From a bacterium (GTDB lineage Bacteria > Zhuqueibacterota > QNDG01 > DTFT01): a stretch of 64,000 nt of DNA. Numbering within the stretch: the stretch's first letter is position 1; every line of letters begins with the position of its first letter. Under the pieces are notes generated by a model. It was not told where the DNA came from, ran no database searches, and was given only the letters and a program-made list of their open reading frames with translations. Location of the stretch: the NCBI GenBank assembly GCA_030372965.1, contig JAUCQC010000125.1, positions 7,234 to 71,233 of the forward strand, read 5' to 3'. This document shows, one piece after another, positions 29,742 through 43,499 of this stretch. The translations under genes and the position numbers were made by a program.

Positions 29742-30749
29742 ATGAAAAAGCTGCTCGCATTTCTGGTGCCGGTTCTGATGATCACCGCCTGTTCCAAGCC
29801 GCCGTTCCCGAAGGAATCGGTGCAGTACGCGTTCTTCAAGACGCTGTCGGAAACCGTTCCCGTCATGAATCCCGACACGAAGATCGAACTCATCCGGACA
29901 TCCAAGTTCAAGCTGTACTCGACGGATCTGATGCCGTTTCTCTACCGGTCCCTGAGCGGCCTCGCCGGCAACCTGAAAAACGTGCCGCCCCAGCAGATCG
30001 TCCAGTTCGTGCACCAGCAGGCCGCCCAGGAGGCGGACAAACGCATGCTGCTCCTGGCGGCCAGGGAGAACAAGGTCAGGGTTCCGGAAGACAGCGTGAA
30101 GGCTGTCGCGGAGCGGTTCTACAAAAACATGGGCGGCAAGGAGGCTTTTCTGAAACAGATCACGGCCGACGGTTTTTCGGAACCCCTGTTCATCGAGGAG
30201 ATCCGGACGAACCTCGTCATCCAGAGCTATCTGGAAACCGCCGTCGAGAAGAACGTGACCGTGGCGGACTCCGAAGTTCAGGCGGCCTACGGGGGCGACC
30301 GCCTCGCGACGGTGCGGCACATTCTTCTGTCCACGCAGGGAAAATCGCCCGCCGAACGGGAGGCCATCCGCGGGAAGATGGAGGGCATCCGCCAGCGCGC
30401 GGCCAAGGGCGAGGATTTCGGGAAGCTGGCGCGCGAGTTCACCGAGGACCCGGGCTCCCAGAAGACCGGCGGCCTGTACGAGAATTTCGAGCGGGGCGCC
30501 ATGGTGCCCGCTTTCGACAGCCTGGCATTCTCCCTGCCCATCGGCGGGCTGAGCCCCGTGTTCGAAACGCAGTTCGGGTTTCACATCATGAAGGTGGTCC
30601 GCCGGAGCGGCGAATCGAAGCCCCTCACGGCCGTCAAGGAGCGCATCACCCGCGAGATCATGAACCGGAAACAGCAGACGGCGTACCGTCAGCTCCTGGA
30701 AACCCTCAGGCTGAAATACCAGTACAAGGAAGTCTGGACCGGCGCCTGA
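29742..30749 (+). CDS. Parvulin-type peptidyl-prolyl isomerase lipoprotein (SurA/PrsA-like)
   Basis: A lipobox (LMITAC) precedes a SurA-like chaperone region and a PpiC domain (FGFHIMKV). Confidence 0.85.
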   Translation: MKKLLAFLVPVLMITACSKPPFPKESVQYAFFKTLSETVPVMNPDTKIELIRTSKFKLYSTDLMPFLYRSLSGLAGNLKNVPPQQIVQFVHQQAAQEADKRMLLLAARENKVRVPEDSVKAVAERFYKNMGGKEAFLKQITADGFSEPLFIEEIRTNLVIQSYLETAVEKNVTVADSEVQAAYGGDRLATVRHILLSTQGKSPAEREAIRGKMEGIRQRAAKGEDFGKLAREFTEDPGSQKTGGLYENFERGAMVPAFDSLAFSLPIGGLSPVFETQFGFHIMKVVRRSGESKPLTAVKERITREIMNRKQQTAYRQLLETLRLKYQYKEVWTGA

Positions 30750-30765
30750 GACGCCCGATCGGACG

Positions 30766-30807
30766 AAAAGACCCCGGGGTCCTCAGGACTCCGGGGTCTT
30801 TTTTTGG
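30766..30807. terminator. Bidirectional intrinsic terminator between convergent ppiC and decarboxylase genes
   Basis: AAAA-GACCCCGGGGTCC-TCAG-GGACTCCGGGGTC-TTTTTTT forms a 13-bp stem with 1 mismatch, flanked by A/T tracts. Confidence 0.7.
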
Positions 30808-30974
30808 GGGTCATTCTTTCGAAAGATGGATTGAAGCTCCCCGCGGCCCGCTGTGCGGGACCAGTCGGTTCTATTTCTTCTGGTTGAAGACCCCGCGATG
30901 CGCGAGGCATCCGATTCATTTCAGTAAAATCGGGCCAGGGCCTGCCGTCCCCGGAGGGAACCGGTAACCGCGGT

Positions 30975-32465
30975 TCACGATCCGGCTGCGGACCGCTCGA
31001 TGGCGCCTGCTCCCGGCGCCGTTCCCTTCAGTTTGGTCAGCGCGTGCTGAATCAGCGCCCAGGCGTCGTGCGCGTGCCGTTCCTCGGTCCGGATGTTGCC
31101 TACGGAAAGCCGCAGGCAGAACTGGCCCCGGTAGCGTGTGTGCGAGAGAAGAATTTCACCGGTCCCGTTGACGGAATCGAGAAGCCTCCGGTTGAGTTCG
31201 TCCAGCGATTCCTCCGGCACCCCCTCGGGCGCGGCGCGGAAGCACACGGTGGAGAAAGGCGCGGGCGCGGTGCGTTCGAAATCCGGGTGCTCGTCCACCC
31301 ACCCCGCGAAATGCCGGGCGATGCGGATGTGCTCGCGCAGCCGGGCCTGAATGCCCTCCCGTCCGAAATACCGCAGGACGAACCACAGCTTGAGTGCCCG
31401 GAAACGCCGGCCGAGCTGGATCCCGTAATCCATCAGATTGTCCTCGTCCTCCCCGCTCTTCAGGTATTCGGGGACCAGGGAGAAAGCGGCCCTGAGAACC
31501 TCGGGCCTGCGGGTGAAAAACGCGCTGCAGTCCATGGGTGTGAAGAGCCACTTGTGGGGATTCAGGACGATCGAGTCGGCCTGATCCCAGCCATCGAACC
31601 GGTCCCGCAGCTCGGGCAGGGCGGCCGCGGCGCCGGCGTACGCGGCGTCCACGTGCAGCCACAGGTTCTCGGACCGGCACAGGCCCGCGATTTCTTTCAC
31701 CGGATCGACGGAGGTGACGGACGTGGTGCCGATGGTGGCGACCACGCAGAATGGGACGCGTCCCTCCGACCGGTCCCGTCGGATTTCCGCGGCGAGCGCG
31801 CCGGCGTCCATGCGGCCCAACTCGTCCGCCGGGATTTTCCGGAGATTCGAGGATCCGACGCCGAGGCAGATGGCCGCCTTTTCTACGGATGAATGGGCGA
31901 GTTCCGAAGCGTACAGATTCAGGGGACGCGAACCGGCCAGTCCCTCCGTCCGAAGGGGAAGTCCGCAGGCCTCCCGCGCCGCCGCGATGGCGTGCAGCGT
32001 GCTGACCGAAGCCGTGTCGTACAGGATGCCGCGGAAGGTTCCCGGCAATCCAACCAGGCCGGCCAGCCATTCGAGAACCCGCCGCTCCAGTTCCGTGGCC
32101 GCGGGCGATGTTCTCCACAGCATGGCGTTGACGCCCAGTGCCGCGGCGAGAAATTCCCCGAGAATGCCGGGGCCGCTCGCGCAGGACGGGAAGTAGGCGA
32201 AGAAACCGGGATGGTTCCAGTGGGTGACGCCGGGCGCGATGAGACCGTCGAAATCGCCCAGAATCGCGTCGAACGGCTCCGGCTTCTCCGGCATCTCCGC
32301 AGGCAGGCGGTTCAGGATGTCACCGGGCCGGACGGGCGGAAGGACCGGCCTGTCCCCGACGGAATCGAGGTAGGAGGCGATCCATTCCAGGACCGCGCGA
32401 CCGTTTTCCCTGAATTCCGGGACCGGCATGTCGCCTGTCCGGAGCGGAGCCGTGAATTCGGTCAT
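30975..32465 (-). CDS. Pyridoxal-dependent aromatic-L-amino-acid/tyrosine decarboxylase (group II)
   Basis: The PLP-Lys motif NPHKW and EFRENGRAVLEWIASYLD are present. ATG 32465 has a GAGGAG RBS. Confidence 0.85.
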   Translation of the reverse strand: MTEFTAPLRTGDMPVPEFRENGRAVLEWIASYLDSVGDRPVLPPVRPGDILNRLPAEMPEKPEPFDAILGDFDGLIAPGVTHWNHPGFFAYFPSCASGPGILGEFLAAALGVNAMLWRTSPAATELERRVLEWLAGLVGLPGTFRGILYDTASVSTLHAIAAAREACGLPLRTEGLAGSRPLNLYASELAHSSVEKAAICLGVGSSNLRKIPADELGRMDAGALAAEIRRDRSEGRVPFCVVATIGTTSVTSVDPVKEIAGLCRSENLWLHVDAAYAGAAAALPELRDRFDGWDQADSIVLNPHKWLFTPMDCSAFFTRRPEVLRAAFSLVPEYLKSGEDEDNLMDYGIQLGRRFRALKLWFVLRYFGREGIQARLREHIRIARHFAGWVDEHPDFERTAPAPFSTVCFRAAPEGVPEESLDELNRRLLDSVNGTGEILLSHTRYRGQFCLRLSVGNIRTEERHAHDAWALIQHALTKLKGTAPGAGAIERSAAGS

Positions 32466-32507
32466 GGATTTCTCCTCGCGCCGGCCGGCTCGCCCGGCCG
32501 ATTGGGA

Positions 32508-32957
32508 TCAAACTCCTGTGGAGCCGAAGCCTCCGGAATCGCGTCCGGTCTCGCCGAGCTCGGCGGATTCGATCCATTCCGCCCGCACGATCCGCTGGAT
32601 GACCAGCTGGGCGACCCGGTCCCCCCTGCGGACGCGGAACGGCTCTTTCCCGAAATTGAACAGAATCACGGACACCACGCCCCGGTAATCCGAATCCACG
32701 GTTCCCGGCGCGTTGAGAACGCCGATGCCGCTGCGGAACGCCAGCCCGCTCCTCGGCCGCACCTGCGCCTCCATTCCCTCCGGGACCGCGATCCGGATTC
32801 CGGTGGGGATCATGCACCAGGCGCCGGGTTCAATCGTGACCGTTTCGCCCACCGCCGCGAGCAGGTCCATGCCGGACGCGCCGTCCGTCTGGTAGGCCGG
32901 CAGCGGCAGATCCTCGCATCCGGGCTCCCTCCGGACGCGGATGGTCACGCCGCTCAC
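32508..32957 (-). CDS. dut: dUTP diphosphatase
   Basis: The five dUTPase motifs are present (AGMDL, PTGIRIA, RSGLA, GTVDSDYRG, RIAQLV-like). The GTG start overlaps the upstream stop (GTGA). Confidence 0.9.
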   Translation of the reverse strand: MSGVTIRVRREPGCEDLPLPAYQTDGASGMDLLAAVGETVTIEPGAWCMIPTGIRIAVPEGMEAQVRPRSGLAFRSGIGVLNAPGTVDSDYRGVVSVILFNFGKEPFRVRRGDRVAQLVIQRIVRAEWIESAELGETGRDSGGFGSTGV

Positions 32958-33139
32958 GGGCGCTCCGTCTCATCGCTGTCGAGCAGCCGCCTGAGCAGCT
33001 CGGACTGCTGGTCCGTCAGGGTCCGGGCCCGGACGAAATCACCGCGCTTCAGCGCGGTTTCGATCTCGGCGTCCAGTTCCTTGACCCGCCGCCGCGTTTT
33101 GTCTTCGGACGGGGCGTCGAACAGTTCCTGCTGGGCCAT
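32954..33139 (-). CDS. Small UVR-domain protein (61 aa)
   Basis: ELDAEIETALKRGDFVRARTLTDQQSELLRRL fits the UvrB/UvrC-type UVR motif. GC3 is high. Confidence 0.45.
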   Translation of the reverse strand: MAQQELFDAPSEDKTRRRVKELDAEIETALKRGDFVRARTLTDQQSELLRRLLDSDETERP

Positions 33140-33149
33140 GTCTTTTCCT

Positions 33150-33518
33150 TCAATCTTTCTTTTCGGGTGCGGATTCCCTGGTTTGCCGCATCTCCCGGAT
33201 TTTCGAGAGCACTTCGGGGATGAGATCCACGACCTGGCCGAATGCCACGCTCTCCTTGCGCAGGGAGAGAAGTTCGGCCTTTTCGCCGCTGATGGCGATA
33301 AAGGCGACCGGTTCGATGAGAACCCCGCCGCCCGTGGCTTCGCCTTCGCGGTTTTTCTCTTTGGAATTGGCGCCCCCGACCCCGAATCCGACCGAAACCC
33401 GCGAAACCGGAATGAGCGTCACGCCGCCGGCCGTGATGGGTTCGCCCACGATGGTTTCGGTCTGGGTGATCCGCTTGAGTTCAGACAGGACGGTTTTTGC
33501 CAGTTGTTCGATGACCAT
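33150..33518 (-). CDS. YtfJ/GerW family protein
   Basis: MVIEQLAKTVLSEL...TAGGVTLIPVSRVSVGFGVGG...GGGVLIEPVAFIAI is the Spore_YtfJ signature. The ORF-track N-terminal 49 aa is run-on. Confidence 0.7.
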   Translation of the reverse strand: MVIEQLAKTVLSELKRITQTETIVGEPITAGGVTLIPVSRVSVGFGVGGANSKEKNREGEATGGGVLIEPVAFIAISGEKAELLSLRKESVAFGQVVDLIPEVLSKIREMRQTRESAPEKKD

Positions 33519-33552
33519 GACTCTCTCCTTCTGGTGACGGAATGAGGCGGAT

Positions 33553-34170
33553 CTACCGGTTTCTCCGGATGACGGAAGCCAGGCGAAAACCGCCGCCGAG
33601 CCCGGCGCCCAGGAAGCGGGCCATGACGAACCGCGCCTCGATTTCCGCGGATGCGGAGGCGGCAACGGACCGGAAATCGGGAATCCATTCGGTTTTGGTG
33701 TCCGCGTCCGTGAAGGCCGACACGGCGCCGGCCAGTCCCGCGAGCATGCCGGTCCAGGCCGGGTCGCCCGCCGAGAAACGAACCGTCACGCGACGCATTT
33801 GGACCGTTCTCCTCAACCGCCGGAGAACCTGGCCGGATGTCTCCAGTATTTCCTTCCAGGCGCGGATGCCCGGGACGGTCATTCGGGAGCTCCCATCCGG
33901 GGATTCCGAAGGGGATTCTTCGCGATCCGGCTCGCGGCGGGCCGGTTTCCGCGAAACCGGCAGGGGAAGCGGACGGTTCAGCAGGATGAGCCTCAAGCCG
34001 CCCGCGGCCGTGTCATAGTCCAGACCGCAACTCGAAACCGCGGTCCGCAGGGACAATGCGAACCGGAAAGGGCCGGAGGCCTTCTCGAAACGGACCCGGA
34101 CCGTGTAACGGCCCAGCAGGAGCGCCGCAGGGACGATCAGGGCAGGCGCTATCCAGACTGCCGAATTCAT
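33553..34170 (-). CDS. DUF2953 (YtfI-like) membrane protein
   Basis: It has an N-terminal TM and sits immediately upstream of ytfJ, as in the Firmicute ytfI-ytfJ pair. Confidence 0.5.
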   Translation of the reverse strand: MNSAVWIAPALIVPAALLLGRYTVRVRFEKASGPFRFALSLRTAVSSCGLDYDTAAGGLRLILLNRPLPLPVSRKPARREPDREESPSESPDGSSRMTVPGIRAWKEILETSGQVLRRLRRTVQMRRVTVRFSAGDPAWTGMLAGLAGAVSAFTDADTKTEWIPDFRSVAASASAEIEARFVMARFLGAGLGGGFRLASVIRRNR

Positions 34171-34180
34171 GACGATCCGC

Positions 34181-34209
34181 TTGACAAAAGGTGAAACCTT
34201 TCGTATATT
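34181..34209 (+). promoter_or_regulatory. Consensus sigma70 promoter (TTGACA-17-TATATT) of rpsT
   Basis: TTGACA at 34181-34186 and TATATT at 34204-34209. The GAGAGGA RBS and ATG 34273 follow. Confidence 0.55.
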
Positions 34210-34272
34210 TTAAAGTTTTAATAATAACCGACTTCGGCCAAAAGGTCGAAGAATTCCTTCTGAGAGGACATC

Positions 34273-34533
34273 ATGCCCACCATCAAGAAAAAGAAATCAG
34301 TCATCAAACGGGCGAGACAGAACGAGCGCGCGAGAGCCCGGAACGTTCTCCAGCGCTCGCGTCTGAAAACCGCCGTGAAGAAGGTCCGGACTGCCGAGAA
34401 TCAGGAAGCCGCGAAACAGGAACTGATCAAAACGTCCGCGCTTCTGGACCGTCTGGCCGCGAAGAAAATCATCCACAAGAACAAGGCGGCCAATCTGAAG
34501 TCCAGGCTGGCCGCGTCGGTCCGCAAGAAGTAG
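34273..34533 (+). CDS. rpsT: 30S ribosomal protein S20
   Basis: MPTIKKKKSVIKRARQNERARARN... is 86 aa and typical of S20. Confidence 0.9.
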   Translation: MPTIKKKKSVIKRARQNERARARNVLQRSRLKTAVKKVRTAENQEAAKQELIKTSALLDRLAAKKIIHKNKAANLKSRLAASVRKK

Positions 34534-34558
34534 AGCCTCCCGGACCGTCAACCCGATC

Positions 34559-34615
34559 GGGAAGGCCGTTCTTTGGTCCGCGGACGCGGAGAAAGGACGG
34601 TCTTCCCGGTTTTTG
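34559..34615. terminator. Intrinsic terminator between convergent rpsT and guaB
   Basis: GGGAAGGCCGTTC...GGACGGTCTTCCC is an imperfect 13-bp stem with an inner palindrome GTCCGCGGAC, followed by GGTTTTTGTT. Confidence 0.5.
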
Positions 34616-38972
<4,357 letters not shown>

Positions 38973-39024
38973 ATAGACTTTTAATATAACGAAATTAACG
39001 GGTTAAATCAACCCGGTTTTCCGT

Positions 39025-41310
39025 TCATTCCGCGACCAACAGAACCCCGGAGGATGGAGGAATCCGGATGACTCCGGACTGGTTCCGTTTCAGGGGGGAG
39101 ACGGAAGCCTTCTCCCCGTCCGCCAGAAGGCTCCAGTGACCCTTCGGAAGCGCCATGTCCCAATCGGAGTCCGGACATCCGTTGAACGCGGCCAGCATCG
39201 ACTTCTCCGCGGAGTCGCCCGGCCGTATCCGCCAGGCCAGACGCAGCGGATCCCTGGAAGGCAGGAATTCGATCTCCTCCGGGGCCGCCCGCCGGAGCAT
39301 CGGGTAACGATTCCGAACGGCGGTCAGACCCCGGTAATAGTCCAGAAGCGGGCGGTTCGCCTCAGCGTGGTCGAAGCGGATCCAATTCGTCTCGTTGTCC
39401 TTGTTGTAGCTGTTGTGATCGATGCGTCCGATCCGGCTGTCCGGGACGCCGGTTTCGGCGATCACCTTGCTTCTGGCGAATTCCTGGCCCTCGTGCAGCA
39501 TCACAGGCCCGCGGCTGGTGAAGAGGAAAAGCGCCGCCAGCCGGTTCAGCGCCAGGGACCGGCCGGAGATCCGGGCGTGGCCGTCCAGGTCCGTGATCAC
39601 GGTTTCCTCCCCGACCTCCCCGAGCCCGATCCGTATGAAATCGCCGATCGTGTGGTCGTCGTGGGACTCGAGATAATTCACGGAATGACTGTGGTGATGG
39701 AAGGGTCCGCCTTCGGCGGCGAGCGTGCCTTTCACGTAGCGCCGGATCGATTCCGGAGAATTCGATCCCTGCCATTTCCCGAAAATGAAACCGAGCCCGT
39801 CACGGGGATTCTGGCCCTTCACCCCGTTCCGGAAAAGGTCGTTCCAGGCGCCCCATCCCCGCCGGGAGAATTGCTCCTGGCCGTACGCTCCGCCTCCCCA
39901 GGGTTCCGCGATGAGAATGACGCCGGGATTGAGCCTGCGGGTCTCGCGGGTGACGGCGTCGAGGGTGCCGGCATCGATCATCGTGGCCAGGTCGAAACGG
40001 AATCCGTCGACGTGGTATTCCCGCATCCAATAGAGCAGGCTCTCCACGATGAGCCGCCGCGTCATGGGCCGTTCGGTTTTCAGATCGTTCCCGCATCCGC
40101 TCGTCTGGATGAATCGGCCGTCGTCGTCCAGCCGGAAATAATATTTTTTGTCGATATACTTGAGCGGATTCAGGTCGTAATTGGACACGTGGTTGTACAC
40201 GACATCGAGAATGACGGCGATACCCCGGCGGTGAAAGGCGCGGATCGCCTCCTTCAATTCGTTCTGACCCGCCCCGCGGACGCCGCTCCACCCGCCGCAG
40301 TCGACCGAACCGTCGGACGCGTAGTACGATTCGGGCGCGAAAAACGCGGATGTCATGTATCCCCAGTGGTTCCGGGCGTACGGATTCCAGTCGTTGTAGA
40401 GCTTGAGCGAGGGGTTCCTGTAGTCGATCTCGATGTTGGCGAATTCCTGGACGGGCAGGAATTCGACCGCGTTGACCCCGAGCGATGCGATGTAGTCGAT
40501 GCCGCCCGGACGCCCGGCCTGAACCAGCCCCGCATAGGTCCCCCGGAGCGACGGGTCGACCCCGGAGCTCGGATGCGCGGTCATGTCGCGGACGTGCATC
40601 TCGTAGATGACCAGGTCCTCCATCGGCGGAGAGAGCCACCGGTCCCCCTGCCAGTCAAAGGGGGATCCGGAAGGGATCTTCGTCCGGGCCTCGTGCAGGT
40701 AGGTGTTGCGCGTCGCCAGGGCCAGGCCGTAGGGATCCGCGACGGTCACGTCCGGGAGGAACATTTCGGACTCTCCGGCGGGTCCGGAAACCCGGTATCC
40801 GTACCAGCCTTCCGGGGGCGGATCGGGCAGGAATGCCTCCCACACGCCGTCCGCGTCCCGCGTCATGCCGGCCAGCCGGCAGACGGGGTCGTCGAAACGG
40901 CCGTACAGCGCGAGCTGAACGGAAAGCGCCCGGGGCGCGAAGACGCGGAACGCGAGACCGCCGGACTCGCGGACGCACCCCAGAGGCTTGTTCGAAACCA
41001 GTGAATCGAGCACGCCGTCCGCCAGCAATTCCTTCTCCCCGGCATCGCGTATGCGGACGCGGTAGTTTTTCCGCGGATCCACGGGTGATGTTTTCAGAAA
41101 AAGGCGGTTCCCCTCCTGATGCGCGGAGAGAAGGGACAGTCCGTCGCTGAGGGAAATGTCCCCTGCCGACAGCGTCGGCACCGCGCCGGCCAGGATGATT
41201 TCCACGCCGGACCCGGATTGGATACGGGCGGACTGGATTCGGAAAGACATGTCTTTTCCTATACTGAGTGATGCGGCCAGCGCCGCCGCGAAAACCGTGA
41301 TGCGCTTCAT
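39025..41310 (-). CDS. GH13 pullulanase / debranching-type alpha-glucosidase, secreted
   Basis: A signal peptide precedes GH13 regions I-IV (DVVYNHVS, GFRFDLATM, EPWGG, YLESHDD). Confidence 0.85.
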   Translation of the reverse strand: MKRITVFAAALAASLSIGKDMSFRIQSARIQSGSGVEIILAGAVPTLSAGDISLSDGLSLLSAHQEGNRLFLKTSPVDPRKNYRVRIRDAGEKELLADGVLDSLVSNKPLGCVRESGGLAFRVFAPRALSVQLALYGRFDDPVCRLAGMTRDADGVWEAFLPDPPPEGWYGYRVSGPAGESEMFLPDVTVADPYGLALATRNTYLHEARTKIPSGSPFDWQGDRWLSPPMEDLVIYEMHVRDMTAHPSSGVDPSLRGTYAGLVQAGRPGGIDYIASLGVNAVEFLPVQEFANIEIDYRNPSLKLYNDWNPYARNHWGYMTSAFFAPESYYASDGSVDCGGWSGVRGAGQNELKEAIRAFHRRGIAVILDVVYNHVSNYDLNPLKYIDKKYYFRLDDDGRFIQTSGCGNDLKTERPMTRRLIVESLLYWMREYHVDGFRFDLATMIDAGTLDAVTRETRRLNPGVILIAEPWGGGAYGQEQFSRRGWGAWNDLFRNGVKGQNPRDGLGFIFGKWQGSNSPESIRRYVKGTLAAEGGPFHHHSHSVNYLESHDDHTIGDFIRIGLGEVGEETVITDLDGHARISGRSLALNRLAALFLFTSRGPVMLHEGQEFARSKVIAETGVPDSRIGRIDHNSYNKDNETNWIRFDHAEANRPLLDYYRGLTAVRNRYPMLRRAAPEEIEFLPSRDPLRLAWRIRPGDSAEKSMLAAFNGCPDSDWDMALPKGHWSLLADGEKASVSPLKRNQSGVIRIPPSSGVLLVAE

Positions 41311-41415
41311 GAGCTCCTCCCGTGCGAGGATGCGGTTCCGCCGTCCGGCGCGGGTCCGGACACGGGGAAATCGGATCGCGGACCGTCTCCCGGGTCTCCG
41401 GGCGCGGATCGGCGC

Positions 41416-42948
41416 TCAGGCGGTGGCGAGTATTTCCAGATGAAGCCCGGAGAAATGGAACCGGTGTTCCGGGCGACCGCTGACCAGCGTGAGCGCGACC
41501 TCGCCCTCCCCGATTGCGGCCTGCGTCTTCCGGGTCACGACCTTGATGCGTGTCTCCGGCCTGCCGTTCCACTCGAATTCAAGGGTCGCGATCCGCTTTT
41601 CGCCGTCCGCCGGAGTCCGGTGATCCGTTTCCGGGAGGTTCAGGTACGCGTGCAGGGTCGACCGCTCACCAGGGGCCGCGCCTTCCAGGCCCAGGTTCGA
41701 TATCCGGAGGCTCGATCGCGAGATGCGCGCCCGGTTCAGGCGGGCGTCGGGGATGAGGGATCGCCTGCAGGCGGCCGCCGCATCCTCCTTCGGAAGGCGT
41801 CCGAAGAAGAGATGAAACAGGCTCCCGGACTGCTCCCCGCGATGGTCGATCTGCAGTTCCTGTTCGGGGCGGCCGGCTCCGGATCCGAGAATCCACATCA
41901 TCTTGGTGACGGCCGCTTCGCGGGTCATGTCGAGTCCGCTGAGTATGCCGAGATCGATCAACTCGCTGCTCGCCGCGTACAATCCCATCTCCACCATTCC
42001 GGTGCCGCACTGACTGAGGTTCATGACGATCTTGCCGGCTTCGATCGCGTCCCGGATCAGCCCGAGAAGCGCGCCGTCGTTCGGTATGTTCCCGGTTCCG
42101 TACGTGCGCAGAATGTACCCCCGGATGTCGGGATTCCGGAACAGGCCTTCGATCCGGTCGCTCCTGAATCCCGGGAATAGATCAATGATGAAGACGTTCT
42201 CGTCGAGAGCCGGGTTCAGGGCGAAGGGCCGTTCCGGGACGGGACGGACCGCTTCCTGCCGGATCTTGATCCGCTCTCCGATCGTGCCGAGCAGGGGCGC
42301 GTTCGGCGAATCGATGCCGGCCCAGTCCGAAGTGCTCACCTTGCTGGCGCGGCATCCCCGCACGATCCGGTCCGCGAACACGATGACCACCTCCGGGACG
42401 AGCGGCAGGTCCGCGGCCTGGTAGCCCGCGATGAAAACCGCGTTCATCAGGTTCAACACTGCGTCCGTCCGGACGGCGGACACCGGCAGCTGGGATCCGG
42501 TGATCACCACCGGTTTGCCCAGATTCTGCAGCATAAAACTCAGGGCCGAGGCGGTGTAGGCCATGGTGTCCGTGCCGTGCAGAATCACAAATCCGTCGTA
42601 GTCGCCGTACACGGACGCAATGGTCTCCGCCATCCGGCGCCAGTCGGACGGTCCCACGTCCGAGGAATCGACCGGCCGCTCGAACGAGGCGCTTCCGAAA
42701 CGGATGGTGTTCCCGTTGTCCAGCTCGAGAAACGGAAGCCCGCCGCGGCCGGCCTCGACCGCCCGTGGATTCGGGCCGTCGTTCCGGTACCGGCCGCCCC
42801 TTTTTTCCCCGTACAGGCTGAAATCCGGAAGAAACCGGAACAATTCGCCGATGGATTTGGGTTCCAGCGGGCTGGACGGATCCTCCGGTTCTCTGGGGCC
42901 CATGCCGATGGTCCCGCCGGTGTAGAGGATGAATACGTCTGTCGTCAT
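41416..42948 (-). CDS. L-asparaginase with ~170-aa C-terminal extension
   Basis: The asparaginase motifs ILYTGGTIGM and HGTDTMAYTA are present. ATG 42948 is chosen; the ORF-track upstream 26 aa are not signal-like. Confidence 0.8.
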   Translation of the reverse strand: MTTDVFILYTGGTIGMGPREPEDPSSPLEPKSIGELFRFLPDFSLYGEKRGGRYRNDGPNPRAVEAGRGGLPFLELDNGNTIRFGSASFERPVDSSDVGPSDWRRMAETIASVYGDYDGFVILHGTDTMAYTASALSFMLQNLGKPVVITGSQLPVSAVRTDAVLNLMNAVFIAGYQAADLPLVPEVVIVFADRIVRGCRASKVSTSDWAGIDSPNAPLLGTIGERIKIRQEAVRPVPERPFALNPALDENVFIIDLFPGFRSDRIEGLFRNPDIRGYILRTYGTGNIPNDGALLGLIRDAIEAGKIVMNLSQCGTGMVEMGLYAASSELIDLGILSGLDMTREAAVTKMMWILGSGAGRPEQELQIDHRGEQSGSLFHLFFGRLPKEDAAAACRRSLIPDARLNRARISRSSLRISNLGLEGAAPGERSTLHAYLNLPETDHRTPADGEKRIATLEFEWNGRPETRIKVVTRKTQAAIGEGEVALTLVSGRPEHRFHFSGLHLEILATA

Positions 42949-43077
42949 TCCGATGGCCGGGTTGGCTGGGGTTTCGTCCGGAAGCGATCCGGATGGCTGG
43001 ACGGGTTCGGCCGGGTTCCCGAACAATCGCGGTTTCGAGGCATGCGAGCCCGACCGGAAGGGGCGGTTGGCGTGAAA

Positions 43078-43093
43078 TTGTCACAAATTGTCA
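43078..43093. repeat. TTGTCA-N4-TTGTCA direct repeat upstream of asparaginase gene
   Basis: The repeat was seen directly in the sequence. A 10-bp-stem hairpin sits at approx 43180-43215. Confidence 0.2.
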
Positions 43094-43226
43094 TTTTCCG
43101 CCTGCCGCCGGAACCTTTTTATTCGCGCGTGCGTACACAGCAATGTACCTGCCAAAAAATCCACGTTGGTTTCTCTCCCTCCCTGTGACAGGCCGGCCGT
43201 TGTGAAGGTGCCGGCCTGTTGCCTTT

Positions 43227-43451
43227 TCACCTGGCGACCAGCAGCGCGATCAGCACGAACAGAAACACCGCTTCTATGAAAATGCCGGCCGCCACGAAGC
43301 GCAGGCGGGTCCCGCGGCTGGAGGGCTTCCATTCCGCGTCGAATAGCGACTTTTCGGTGAATGCCTTGAACTGCATGCCGAGTTCCGGCTTCAGGACCAG
43401 AACCACCAGGATCAGGGCCATGAGCAGAATGGGGATGATGGTCGAAAGCAT
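43227..43451 (-). CDS. Small two-TM membrane protein (74 aa), hypothetical
   Basis: ATG 43451 has a GAGGAG RBS 9 nt upstream. GC3 is high and there are two hydrophobic helices. Confidence 0.5.
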   Translation of the reverse strand: MLSTIIPILLMALILVVLVLKPELGMQFKAFTEKSLFDAEWKPSSRGTRLRFVAAGIFIEAVFLFVLIALLVAR

Positions 43452-43499
43452 CAGGGCTCTCCTCGATAAGAGAACGAAACAACGCAGAGACCGGCGCGG

